DNA of 64,000 nt from Candidatus Binatia bacterium (GTDB lineage Bacteria > Desulfobacterota > Binatia > HRBIN30). A program made the translations under genes and the position numbers. The stretch covers positions 1 through 64,000 of the forward strand of contig JBBRSP010000034.1 of assembly GCA_038245295.1 (NCBI GenBank), given 5' to 3'. Positions 1 through 9,790 of the stretch are shown piece by piece. The notes beneath the pieces were generated by a model. That model had not been told where the DNA came from, made no database searches, and saw nothing but the letters and a program-made list of their open reading frames with translations. The stretch's first letter is position 1. Each line of letters opens with the position of its first letter.

Positions 1-154
1 ACGGGCACGTCCCCCGCCGTCGCCTGTTCGGCCCTCGGCCATCTCATCGGTTCAGCCACCAACATGATCCTGCATCGCGAAGAACTCGATGACGACAAAA
101 GGCTCACGTTCGAAACCGTTGCCGCGCACGATGACTCCACGAACCCGAGGTTGG

Positions 155-255
155 TTGCCACGGATGAACACAGATACACACAGATGCAGGCCTGCGGCCC
201 GCCGGCTCTTTGCCGTTGGCAAGCCATCTGTGTTCATCCCATTCATCTGTGGCAA
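155..255. repeat. Long imperfect inverted repeat built from CACAGAT/GAACACAGAT units
   Basis: TTGCCACGGATGAACACAGATACACACAGATG (155-186) pairs with CATCTGTGTTCATCCCATTCATCTGTGGCAA (225-255). Confidence 0.7.
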
Positions 256-845
256 TATTTCTGCACTCGCGCTCTCGCGGTGGGCACAAGCCGAACGCTC
301 ACGCTGAGTCGCGGCGGGTTGACGACAGGTTCGAATCATCGAAGCCGCCTCCACCCGCCGTCGATTCCAGTGGCTGGTTCGGCACGTACCGTTGCTGGCT
401 GCAGGGAATCGTCGATCCAGAGAATGCGAGGGGAGCGCATGTTGGGGGAGCGCACGCTGGACACCCACCCACAAGACTCGGCGATTGTGCCGTGAGATCG
501 GCGCCTTGGATGAACGCACCGCTCAGCGACTGTCGCCGGTCGGTGAGAATAAACGGTCTCTTGGATGGGGGCGATCCATTCGTCCTCGCTTCGCGGCGGG
601 GCGATCGGCGCCGACGGGATGTCGGGATCGCGTCCCTCCTTCGCTGAAGGTCCGGAGGGGAGCCCGGCCGCGGGGAAGGGCGCGAACGGGCGGAGCCGTG
701 GTGGACTTCGCTCTTTGCCTCCTGGGGGATGGTGAGTATTCAGCCCACCGGTGCTGCGTGCTGTTCTTTCGATTCTCGGACGCGTTCGATGGCTGGATCG
801 ATGGGAACCGCAACTTCACTGCCGGCGCGCCCGTCTGTCGCTTAG

Positions 846-960
846 AAACTCCTTTGTTTTCAACAGCCCAATCCGGGAATCGCCGAAAAACGTTGAGTTT
901 GCGTGCGTAGGGTAAGTCATCTTGAGGCCTGGGAAGCGATCCTGGGGCTTCCTGGTGCGT
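846..960 (-). repeat. 115-nt dispersed intergenic element, copy 1
   Basis: Reverse complement aligns without gaps to 50763-50877 (81/115 identical by hand count), with identical 17-nt and 24-nt blocks. Confidence 0.85.
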
Positions 961-1032
961 TGGCGGGGCGGCGCCGCCGGGGAGCATCAGCGATTATCGC
1001 GACGTGGCGATCTGTCCAAGGGTACCGAGCCT

Positions 1033-1148
1033 AAGTACTCGGTTTCATAAGTTCGGCGACGTATTGCGCGGCTGTTCGGAAGCATTGGGCTCACGCGCCG
1101 CAGGCTGAAGCCTGCGCCTACCAGACTGAGTGCGGACCCTAAAGCGGA
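1033..1148. repeat. Partial copy of GTAG-REP-bearing element
   Basis: Highly similar to 7067-7182; contains inverted REP CGCAGGCTGAAGCCTGCGCCTAC (1099-1121). Confidence 0.85.
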
Positions 1149-1213
1149 TTGGTCTGGGTGCCGCCCCCCTCTGCCACCGTCGTCGCGGTGGGAGAGGGGA
1201 GCGGCAGGTCTAC

Positions 1214-3595
1214 TTAGCGGGCCGCGAGACTCGTCTTCGCCGACGGGCCAGGAGGCTGACCCAGTGCGCGTCGCGCCAGACGCAGGTCGAGACGATCGAT
1301 CTTGCCGTTGCCGTCGAGATCGGCGGCCTCACAGGTGCGGCTCTTAATCGACTGCCGCCTGTTGATGCGGCGCTTCGCATCGCCCGGCTCGCCGTAGGGA
1401 ACAGGCAGATGCAGGTCGGTGTGGGAACACCGGCTCACGGCGCGCACATCGAGACGGCTGACGACGCCATCATTATCGAGATCGGCATCACAGGCGTCAC
1501 CGAAGCCGTCCTGGTCGAAGTCCGCCTGGCCAGGGTTGGCCACCCGTACGCAGTTATCGACCGAATCCGGGACTTGATCACCGTCAGTGTCCGTCAGCTC
1601 GCTGCCCGGTAGCGCCCCGATGGCCCAACTGCCGCCGATCGAGACAGACGTTCCACCTTCGGGCACGGTGACCGCGAGCATCTCTCCATGCATCACATCG
1701 GCAACCGCGACAGCCGCCGAATCGTACTCGGCGATGACGGCGTAGCGGTCGTTGGTGCGGTGTGACCACAGCTCCAGTCGCATCACGTCGGGCGCGGTCG
1801 TGGCGTGTGCCGAATAGGCAGATTTGGTCGCGCGACCCGCCGCGGTGCCGCCAGCCTGACCCGCCAGGCCGCGTTTCCCAAGTGTCGCCGCCGCCAATTG
1901 CGATAAGGCCTGGCCGCGCGCCGGGAACAGGAAGAGCGTGCGGTTGACGATGCCGATCGTGTCGATAACGACTTCGCTCGTCGGATCGGGATTGACCACG
2001 GAGACAATCTTGATGAACCACTCCTGGCAACCCCCACCGCGACACGCATCTGTCCACTCTTCGGCGCAGACGGTTCCGGATTCGAAACAAACGTTGCCGG
2101 CTACCATCGGGCAATCATCCTTGCCGGATGGCCCGGCCACACAATTGTCGTCCGGCTTGGTTGGTCCGCCTTCGTCGCAGATACCGTCGTTGTCGTCGTC
2201 TGGGTCCTGGCAGTTCTTGATGCCGTCGCCGTCCGTATCCTGTCCCTCGAATCCCCAGACATTGATCGCCGCGGGATGGCACAGTGGGTTCACGACGATA
2301 TGCAAGAGCTCCTGACTGCTGTTCGGATGCTGGTCCACGTCGTCCGTGCAGCCGTCGTTGTCGGTATCGTTGTCGCAGCGGTCACCAATGCCGTCGTGAT
2401 CGCTGTCTTTGCTCTCCGGGGTCGGATCGTTGGGGCACAGGTCACAGGCGTCGATGATGCCATCGCCGTCGCTATCCGTTTCCGCCTGCTCCAGGTTGGC
2501 GACCAGCGGGCAATTGTCGTCGGCATCGCAGACGCCGTCGCTGTCGGAGTCGCCGCCTTTCTCGGCGCAGACATCGACGAGATCCTGGCGTAGATCGATG
2601 TTGTCACGGCACCAGGCGACCTTCGCCGCCTGATCCGGCGTAAATGCCGGATGGGCCTCGCCGTTCAGCACGTACGGTCCCATGCTGGCGTTCGAGGAGT
2701 CGTAGTACGACATGGCGTTTTCCGGCAGCGGGTCGGCGTCGATCGCCACCGTGCTGCCGTTCTCTCGGCCTTTGCACTGGAGTGTCACATAGGTGGGCCA
2801 GTAGCTGCCCGGGTCGGTGGCGGGCATATTCTTCGATCCCTTGATCGTCAGGTCGCACCACTCGTGGCCTTCGATGGGGTCCTTGCAAGCGTCGTCGTCG
2901 AAATCCTCGCCCGTATTGGGAGCGTCCGGATTGCGACATTCGCGGATGCTCGGATCGGGTGGGGTGTCGATCACCACGGGGTTATCTCCGGGAATGGACT
3001 TGTCTACCACGCCGTCTTCGTCGTGATTGAGCGGGTTATTGTCGGCTGGGTCCTGGAACGTATGTGTGTGCGCCAGACAAAAGAAATGACCAATCTCGTG
3101 GGCCCAGGCCTTGCCCGAGCCCCACATGGCGCAGATCAAGCCGACATGGTTGAGCGGCCGGTCGGAGAAACACCCTTTGAGGTCCTCCAGCATGTACAAG
3201 GTGATCAGCCCTGGCTCGTTGTTCGCCTTGGTGCGTAGCTCGTTGAATCTCTCGTCGTCGGTCTTGTCGCCGGGCCGAAGCGCTACCGTCTTGTCGCCGG
3301 TCACCTTCGAATAGGTCGTGTCGTAGGTGATCACCAGAAAGTTGGCGAGGTCGTTGCCGGCCGGGCGATACGAGATGCCGTTCGGCTCCCAGACCTTGTT
3401 CATCACCTCGATCCGCTCAACCACGGCGGCGCGCAGCTGATCGTCGGAACCCACACCACAGCCGGGGCTATGGCAGTAGGCGCGCACGCGTACGTCATAG
3501 GTAACGGCCGCCGCGGCCGCCGTCTTTGCATTGCCGTATGCCAGCGAAAGGAGCAACCCAACCACCAACCGCGACCCGATTCGACCCAATTGCAT
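1214..3595 (-). CDS. Secreted metzincin (M43/pappalysin-like) metalloprotease with thrombospondin type-3 repeats and C-terminal dockerin-like domain
   Basis: Start moved to ATG 3595 (AAGGAGG upstream); signal peptide; HEIGHFFCLAH plus Met-turn NAMSY; DxDxDGxxDxxDNCP repeats; paired DLDNDGVVSRLD / DLDGNGKIDRLD loops. Confidence 0.8.
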   Translation of the reverse strand: MQLGRIGSRLVVGLLLSLAYGNAKTAAAAAVTYDVRVRAYCHSPGCGVGSDDQLRAAVVERIEVMNKVWEPNGISYRPAGNDLANFLVITYDTTYSKVTGDKTVALRPGDKTDDERFNELRTKANNEPGLITLYMLEDLKGCFSDRPLNHVGLICAMWGSGKAWAHEIGHFFCLAHTHTFQDPADNNPLNHDEDGVVDKSIPGDNPVVIDTPPDPSIRECRNPDAPNTGEDFDDDACKDPIEGHEWCDLTIKGSKNMPATDPGSYWPTYVTLQCKGRENGSTVAIDADPLPENAMSYYDSSNASMGPYVLNGEAHPAFTPDQAAKVAWCRDNIDLRQDLVDVCAEKGGDSDSDGVCDADDNCPLVANLEQAETDSDGDGIIDACDLCPNDPTPESKDSDHDGIGDRCDNDTDNDGCTDDVDQHPNSSQELLHIVVNPLCHPAAINVWGFEGQDTDGDGIKNCQDPDDDNDGICDEGGPTKPDDNCVAGPSGKDDCPMVAGNVCFESGTVCAEEWTDACRGGGCQEWFIKIVSVVNPDPTSEVVIDTIGIVNRTLFLFPARGQALSQLAAATLGKRGLAGQAGGTAAGRATKSAYSAHATTAPDVMRLELWSHRTNDRYAVIAEYDSAAVAVADVMHGEMLAVTVPEGGTSVSIGGSWAIGALPGSELTDTDGDQVPDSVDNCVRVANPGQADFDQDGFGDACDADLDNDGVVSRLDVRAVSRCSHTDLHLPVPYGEPGDAKRRINRRQSIKSRTCEAADLDGNGKIDRLDLRLARRALGQPPGPSAKTSLAAR

Positions 3596-3839
3596 GCTTC
3601 CCTCCTTCGTTTGAGCAGCACAACGTACGAAAGACGAACGGCTGTGGTGCCCTCTGCCGAAAGGCGTGACCCGTCGGGGCACACTGTGACCCGTGTGAGG
3701 CTGGTCGGTGTTACGGTCGAAAATCGGAGGATTCTGTGGCCCGCCGCCTATCCCGAAAGCGTCTCATCCGCCGTTGCACGCAGACCGACCGAAGGCCGGG
3801 CTGTGTTCATCGGCGGACGCAGGCAGATTGCGTCGCGAC

Positions 3840-5351
3840 TCAGGCGTCTCGCCGTCGCTCCGCCAACTCCGCCAATGCCTGCCGTTGCGGTTTCGATGTT
3901 GCCCCGAGCGGGACTTCGCTGCGTTGAATGACGACGTAGCGGCTTGGTCGCTTGTAGGCGGAGAGCGCCTCGCGCGCGAACTGACGCAACTGCTCGAGGG
4001 AGAAGTCTCCGCCTTTGGGAACGATCAGGGCGGTCACTTCCTGATCGAGGCCGTCGACAGGAAGCCCGATTACGTATGCGGCCTCGACCGATCCATGAGT
4101 GGCGAGGAGCGACTCGACCTCGACCGGCGAGACGTTGATTCCCTTGACGCGCAACAAGTCCTTGCTTCGCCCGGAGAACTGAAAGACTCCCTGGGCGTCG
4201 AGCGAGCCGATGTCCCCCGTTGCGAACCAGCCGTCGGCTGTCAGGCCTTTTCCCTCCGCCTCTTTGTAATAGCCGCGGAACAGGCCGGGACCGCGCACCT
4301 GGATCTCGCCCGCCTCGTCGGCCTCGGATAGGGTGCCGTCGGCGCGAACGATACGAATCTCGACGCCGGGGAGCGGCCGACCGAGTTGCTGTGCCCGCTC
4401 GTCGTCCGGCTGAGACCAGGCGAGCGCCGTGACATATCCCGACATCTCGGTCATGCCATAACCGGTGATCAAGCGGGCTTCGGCGAGATGTGGTGCAAAC
4501 CAGTCGCTGCGTCCACCACCACGCCGCACGTTGGCAAGAAGGGCTGGGTCGAACTCCGGATGACGCACGAGCTGGCCGACCTGGGGCGGCCGCAGGTGTA
4601 GACCGGTGACGTTGAGTCGGCGCAGGGATTCGAGCGCCGCTTCGGCGGTGAACGTCTCCAACAGAGCAAGCGTTGCACCACTGGCCAAGGTCGGTAGGGC
4701 GCGAATCACCAGTCCGGCCACCCAGAACAACGGCAACGAGGAGAGGAACGTATCTCCAGGGACCAGGCCACCGCGTTCGGCGGTCGGAAAGATCGTCGAC
4801 AGGATACCGGCGTGCGACAACATCACACCCTTGGCCCGACCTGTCGTGCCCGATGTGTACAGAATACAGGCGACGTCGGTGGGCAGACTCGTGTCGGGGA
4901 AAGGGCCAGACGGCGCTGCCTGCAGCCCGAGCTCGATGATGTCGCGCAGCGGCCGTGGGCTCGTCGCGCGTTGGCCCTGCAGTTGCCGCGCCAGTGGCAT
5001 GAGCTCGCGATCACGCAGCCGAGGCTGCACGATCAATGCGTCGAGATCGGCGTGTTCGACCAACTCCTCGAGCTCACGCTCGGTGGCGAAGGTCGACAAG
5101 GGAACCAGCGTTGCACCACTGCGCCACACCCCGAAGGCAGCGCCCATCCACTCGGGTGAGTTGCCTGCAAGCAATCCGATGTGTGAGCCTGATCGCAGTC
5201 CGCGATCCCGCAACGCTGCGGCCCATGCACTGGCTTGGGCATCCAATTCCGAGAAGGACAGAGACGTGTGCTCGTCACAGGTGGCAGCACGGGTTGCGTG
5301 GCGGCCGGCGAGATCGGTGAGGAGCTCGCCAAGGGAGGTGGGTTGTTTCAC
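3840..5351 (-). CDS. AMP-forming acyl-CoA synthetase
   Basis: YTSGTTGRAKG, GYGMTE, ATGD motifs. Confidence 0.9.
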   Translation of the reverse strand: MKQPTSLGELLTDLAGRHATRAATCDEHTSLSFSELDAQASAWAAALRDRGLRSGSHIGLLAGNSPEWMGAAFGVWRSGATLVPLSTFATERELEELVEHADLDALIVQPRLRDRELMPLARQLQGQRATSPRPLRDIIELGLQAAPSGPFPDTSLPTDVACILYTSGTTGRAKGVMLSHAGILSTIFPTAERGGLVPGDTFLSSLPLFWVAGLVIRALPTLASGATLALLETFTAEAALESLRRLNVTGLHLRPPQVGQLVRHPEFDPALLANVRRGGGRSDWFAPHLAEARLITGYGMTEMSGYVTALAWSQPDDERAQQLGRPLPGVEIRIVRADGTLSEADEAGEIQVRGPGLFRGYYKEAEGKGLTADGWFATGDIGSLDAQGVFQFSGRSKDLLRVKGINVSPVEVESLLATHGSVEAAYVIGLPVDGLDQEVTALIVPKGGDFSLEQLRQFAREALSAYKRPSRYVVIQRSEVPLGATSKPQRQALAELAERRRDA

Positions 5352-5358
5352 GGGTGGC

Positions 5359-7017
5359 TCACTCGCCGCTCGTGCCCGCCGCCAACTCGCGTAGCGCCAC
5401 CTCTTTGGCCCACTTGTAGTCGGGTTTGCCGCTCGGGCTGCGCATCACCGAGTCCACAAAGACGATGACGCGTGGCAGCTTGAAGCGGGCGAGCTCCCGC
5501 GCCGCTGTTTCGCGCAGCTCATCGGCCGTAAGCGATTGGCCGGGACAGCGCGAAACCACCGCGGTAACCTGTTGTCCCCAGCGTTCGCTCGGCGTGCCGC
5601 AGACGACGGCGTCCTCCACGGCGGGGTGCTTCTTCAATGCCTCTTCGACCTCTTCGGCGAAGATCTTCTCTCCGCCGCTGTTGATACACACGGAGTCGCG
5701 ACCGAGAACGAGGATCTCGCCGCCGGGGGTGAGCTTGGCGCGATCGCCGGGAATTGCGTAACGCACACCGTCGATGATCTTGTACGTGCGCTCGGTCTTG
5801 GCGCGATCATTCAAGTACCCGAGCGGCACATACCCGCGGCGCGCCAACCAACCAATCTCTTCGCTGCCTGGTTCGAGACAGTGCTGCTGCTCGGCATCGA
5901 GGACGACGGTGTGTTCGTCCATGCGAAACGGCGGCGGAACATCTTCCGACGAGGTCATTGTGCTGGCGCCCTGGGCGCCCGTTTCCGAGGCCCCGAAGCC
6001 ATCGACGACCATCACTCCCGGAATCAAATCGAGGAAGGCGCGCTTCGAGTCGTGTGACAACAACGCGCCGCCGGAGCCTATGACGCGCAACGTCGAAAGA
6101 TCGTAAGGCTTGTGACGCAACTGTTCGATGAGAGGACGCGCAAAGGCGTCGCCGACCATCGATAGCGAGAAGACGCGTTCGCGTTCGATCGTGCTCCAGA
6201 TGTCGTCGGCATCGAGCTTGCGCACATTGTCCTGCACCACCACCGTGCCGCCGGCGTGCAGCATCATGAATGCCGACCAGTGCCCCGCACCGTGCATGAA
6301 CGGCGGCGCCGGCAGGATGCGAAACATTTCACCGTAAGGCGCGCGGTCGACCATCTCCTGAAGGCTGGTCACCGCCATGCCGCCCGGCATGCGCCCACCG
6401 AGCGCGGCGAAGAAAATGTCCTCCTGCCGCCACAGCACGCCCTTGGGCATGCCGGTCGTGCCGCCGGTGTAGACGATGTAGAGGTCGTCTGGGCTTGCTT
6501 CGACGGCGACTGTTGCGTCGCTGCTGCCGGCGAGCGCTGTCTCGTAGTCTTGCGCTCCGGGCAACAGCGGTGTGTTGCTACCGTCATCGACTTGCAACAA
6601 GAGGACGAGCGGTTCGACGTTCGGCAGGATGTGTTCCAGCGTCGCTGCGAAGCTGGCGTGATAGATCAGTGCTCGTGGCCGCGCGTCGCGGAACAAGTAC
6701 GATAGCTCTTCGTCGACGTAGCGATAGTTGATGTTGAACGGCGCGACGCGCGCTTTGAACGCGCCCACCATGCCCTCGAGGTACTCGTGACCGTTGTAGA
6801 GATACAGTCCGAGGTGATCTTGGCCCGACTCCCAGGAGCTTCGCTGCGAGCGTTCGACCTGGCATCCGAGACCGGCGCGACGCAGCAGATTGCCGAGTTG
6901 TCGGGTGCGTCGCTGGAGATCGCGCCAGTTCAGGCGCCGCTTTGACGAGACGATGGCCTCGCGATCCGGAATGACGTCGGCGATCGCTTCGTGAATGGCT
7001 GGCAAGGTGAAAGACAT
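5359..7017 (-). CDS. Acyl-CoA synthetase, FadD19-like
   Basis: YTGGTTGMPKGVLWRQEDIF, GRDSVCINSGGEKIFAEEVE, RSPSGKPDY. Confidence 0.9.
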   Translation of the reverse strand: MSFTLPAIHEAIADVIPDREAIVSSKRRLNWRDLQRRTRQLGNLLRRAGLGCQVERSQRSSWESGQDHLGLYLYNGHEYLEGMVGAFKARVAPFNINYRYVDEELSYLFRDARPRALIYHASFAATLEHILPNVEPLVLLLQVDDGSNTPLLPGAQDYETALAGSSDATVAVEASPDDLYIVYTGGTTGMPKGVLWRQEDIFFAALGGRMPGGMAVTSLQEMVDRAPYGEMFRILPAPPFMHGAGHWSAFMMLHAGGTVVVQDNVRKLDADDIWSTIERERVFSLSMVGDAFARPLIEQLRHKPYDLSTLRVIGSGGALLSHDSKRAFLDLIPGVMVVDGFGASETGAQGASTMTSSEDVPPPFRMDEHTVVLDAEQQHCLEPGSEEIGWLARRGYVPLGYLNDRAKTERTYKIIDGVRYAIPGDRAKLTPGGEILVLGRDSVCINSGGEKIFAEEVEEALKKHPAVEDAVVCGTPSERWGQQVTAVVSRCPGQSLTADELRETAARELARFKLPRVIVFVDSVMRSPSGKPDYKWAKEVALRELAAGTSGE

Positions 7018-7068
7018 GGATTGGGTTTATCTCGACTCGCCGCCGCGGCTGCAAGCCGGGATTTGCAA

Positions 7069-7252
7069 GTACTTGGTTTCATAAGGTCGGCGACGTATTT
7101 CGCGGCTGTTCTGAATCATTGGGCTCACGCTCCGCAGGCTGAAGCCTGCGCCTACCAGACTGAGTACGCACCCTAAAGCGGACCGGTAGGCGCAGGCTTC
7201 AGCCTGCGGAGGGCGGTTGCGGGTACATCACCGTACCTGCGCCGAACAGTAC
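7069..7252. mobile_element. MITE-like element carrying an inverted pair of GTAG-footed REP hairpins
   Basis: Ends GTACT...AGTAC flanked by CAA/TAA; inverted REP at 7133-7155 and REP GTAGGCGCAGGCTTCAGCCTGCG at 7186-7208; partial second copy at 1033-1148. Confidence 0.65.
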
Positions 7253-7285
7253 TAAGGTCCGACATGGCCAACTCTGCAGGCTAAA

Positions 7286-7433
7286 GAGCGTGTCTCAAAA
7301 CGTAGGCTCACCCTTCGACGGGCTCAGGGCGAGCGGAACAATTGCTTTCAAAAGCAACCAAGCAACCGCTCATGGTGAGCTCGTCGAACCATGAGCTTGT
7401 CGAAGCCGGCCCCGCAGGGTTTGAGACAGTCCC
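7286..7433. mobile_element. 148-bp MITE with 14-bp imperfect TIRs and 4-bp TSD
   Basis: TIRs GAGCGTGTCTCAAA / TTTGAGACAGTCCC; TAAA duplicated at 7282-7285 and 7434-7437; internal CCCTTCGACGGGCTCAGGGCGAGCGG-type palindromes. Confidence 0.8.
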
Positions 7434-7507
7434 TAAAGCCTGCGACCTGTGTTGCAGCGACTTTATGTGCAAAGCCGACCAGCCGCCCAAGCCGGCTCGC
7501 GGAGCGG

Positions 7508-9025
7508 TTAACCCAGGAGTGCCTTTCCGGTGGCGCCCTCCTGCTCCCGCAGTTTGTACTTCTCGACTCGCATGCTCGCCGTCTTGGGCAGCGACTCGCG
7601 CATCTCCCACAGTCGGGGCACCTGAAACTTGGCGAGGCGCGCCGCGGCGAACTCGCGTAACTCCTCGAGGTTGAGCTCGCCGTTTGGAACCACGAATGCC
7701 TTGATCTCCTGGCCCAGGACGGGATCGGGCAGGCCGATCACTGCCGCGTCAGCAACGTGCGGGTGCTCACGTAGTGTTTTCTCGATCAACACCGACGAGA
7801 TGTTCTCGCCGCCACGCCGGATGACGTCACGTTTGCGATCGACGAAGTAGAGCCAGCCGTCTTCGTCGACGTAGCCAAGGTCACCGGTGAAGAACCAGCC
7901 GCCGCGCAACGCCTGCGTCGTTTGTTCCGCATCGCGGAAGTATTCGGCCATACGGTGCGGCGATTCGATCGTGATCTCGCCGACGGCGCGCACCGCCACC
8001 TCTTTACCCGAGTCATCGAGGATTCGGATGTGTACACCCGGCACGGGCGGTCCGGCCGAGCCGGCGCGAGGTTCCTGGCCCAGCGGTTCGATGGTGACGA
8101 CGCCGGCGTCGGTGGATCCGAAACACTCGGCGACATGTTTGACGCCGAAGCGCTCGATGATGCGCTTGCGGATCGGTGCGCTGCCGAGGCCAAGGATGAC
8201 GCGAAGACGGCTGGTGCGTTCGAGCTCCGATTTGGGTTGCGTCAGTAGAATCGCCAGGATGGTCCCGAGCGTGTAGATGACGCTGGCTTTCGATTCGTGC
8301 ACGAGGGGCCAGAACTGTGAGGCGCGGAACGCCCTGGGGAAGGCGACGGTGCCACCCGCTTGCAGCGCGGTGACGACGGCGCCCCACGCATTGCCGTGGA
8401 ACAGCGGCGTTACAGCGAGGATCGTGTCGTCGCCGTTGATGCAGAGTGTGTCGAGGAAATGTTTGCCGGCGGCGCCGGTGCTGTGGTGGCGGAACAGAAC
8501 GCCCTTGGGGTTGCCCGTCGTGCCGGACGTATACAGCAACGTCGATCCGTCGTCCGCAGTGACTTTGACGGCGGGGGGCGTCGATGCTGCGGCCTGCATC
8601 GCCGTGTCCATCGACAGTGCGCCTTCTACCGCGCCGAAGGCGGCGAGGGTCGTACCATTCGGGATCACAACGCCGCTACTGCGCAGCATTTGCGCCGTGT
8701 CCGCCGTCGTCACCAGCAGGCGCGGCTCGGCGTGGGCGAGAATGTAGCTGAGCTCCCTGCCGCCTAGCGCGGCGTTGACCGGGTGCATGACGGCCCCGGC
8801 TTTGAACGTGGCGAAGACGGCGACCAGGTACTCGACGCCGTTTCCCATGGCCAGGGTGACGCGGTCGCCGTGTTGCACACCCATGCTGACCAGGGTGTTG
8901 GCGGCGCGATTCACCAGGTTGTCGAACTCGTTGTATGAGACGCACCGTCCTTCGTGGAGCAAGAAGGTATGATCGCCGCGTTCACGAACCTGCTTGGCGA
9001 GAATATCGAGAATGAGCATGGCCAT
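7508..9025 (-). CDS. ATP-dependent acyl-CoA ligase (CaiC/FadD17-like)
   Basis: YTSGTTGNPKG, PLFHGNA, FTGDLG, RRGGENIS. Confidence 0.9.
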   Translation of the reverse strand: MAMLILDILAKQVRERGDHTFLLHEGRCVSYNEFDNLVNRAANTLVSMGVQHGDRVTLAMGNGVEYLVAVFATFKAGAVMHPVNAALGGRELSYILAHAEPRLLVTTADTAQMLRSSGVVIPNGTTLAAFGAVEGALSMDTAMQAAASTPPAVKVTADDGSTLLYTSGTTGNPKGVLFRHHSTGAAGKHFLDTLCINGDDTILAVTPLFHGNAWGAVVTALQAGGTVAFPRAFRASQFWPLVHESKASVIYTLGTILAILLTQPKSELERTSRLRVILGLGSAPIRKRIIERFGVKHVAECFGSTDAGVVTIEPLGQEPRAGSAGPPVPGVHIRILDDSGKEVAVRAVGEITIESPHRMAEYFRDAEQTTQALRGGWFFTGDLGYVDEDGWLYFVDRKRDVIRRGGENISSVLIEKTLREHPHVADAAVIGLPDPVLGQEIKAFVVPNGELNLEELREFAAARLAKFQVPRLWEMRESLPKTASMRVEKYKLREQEGATGKALLG

Positions 9026-9028
9026 ATC

Positions 9029-9790
9029 TTAGGCCAGGACACCGAAGTCGGCGACCAGACCGATGCCATTGATCATACGGGCCTCGTCGGACGCGAGGAA
9101 GGTGATGGCGTTGGCGATGTCTTCCGGCTTGCCCCACTTCCCTGGGATCGGCGACATTGAGTACGATAGGAGATGCATTTCCATGTCGCCGTCGGGCGTG
9201 AAGTTCTTCACCAAGGGCGTCTTCACCCCGCCGGGGCAGACACAGTTGGCTCGTAAGCCGCGTGTCGCGAACTCCAGAGCTAACGATCGCGTGAAGTTCA
9301 GGAGGCCGGCTTTCGAGGCGCAATAGTGCGAGTTGTACGCCTGTCCGCGCATGCCGGCGATGGATGCAACGTTTACGATACATCCGCGGCGCTCGAGCAG
9401 GTGGGGGAGCGCAGCTTGGGTCGTGTGAAACGGTCCGTGCAGATTGACGCCGATGACGCGATGCCACTCAGCTTCGTCCATCAACTCGAAGCGAATCGCC
9501 CGTCCAACACCGGCCGCATTTACCAGAACATCGATACCGCCGTGCGCCGCGACGGCGGCGGCCATGGCTTGTTTGACCGAAGCGCTTGACGTGACGTCAC
9601 AGGCCGCACCGGCGGCCGTTTTGCCAGTCGCAACAATCGCCGCGACCGTTTCGTCGACAGCCGGAGCGTTCACATCGACGGCGAAGACGCTGGCGCCGTC
9701 GGCGGCAAATCGTTCGGCTGTGGCGCGACCGATGCCGGAGCCGGCGCCGGTGATGAAGACGGACTTCCCTGCGAATCTTGCGTTGCTCAT
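9029..9790 (-). CDS. Short-chain dehydrogenase/reductase
   Basis: TGAGSGIG, NAAG, YCASK. Confidence 0.93.
   Translation of the reverse strand: MSNARFAGKSVFITGAGSGIGRATAERFAADGASVFAVDVNAPAVDETVAAIVATGKTAAGAACDVTSSASVKQAMAAAVAAHGGIDVLVNAAGVGRAIRFELMDEAEWHRVIGVNLHGPFHTTQAALPHLLERRGCIVNVASIAGMRGQAYNSHYCASKAGLLNFTRSLALEFATRGLRANCVCPGGVKTPLVKNFTPDGDMEMHLLSYSMSPIPGKWGKPEDIANAITFLASDEARMINGIGLVADFGVLA

Noticed and set aside
1..495. ORFs 64..495 (+) and 52..519 (-)
   Set aside because: They run through the inverted repeat and show no recognisable motif; the first ~150 nt could be a gene end but this cannot be supported
640..675. AGGTCCGGAGGGGAGC resembling the SRP RNA core
   Set aside because: Mismatches in the conserved GGAA/GGAAGCAG motif and no convincing enclosing stem
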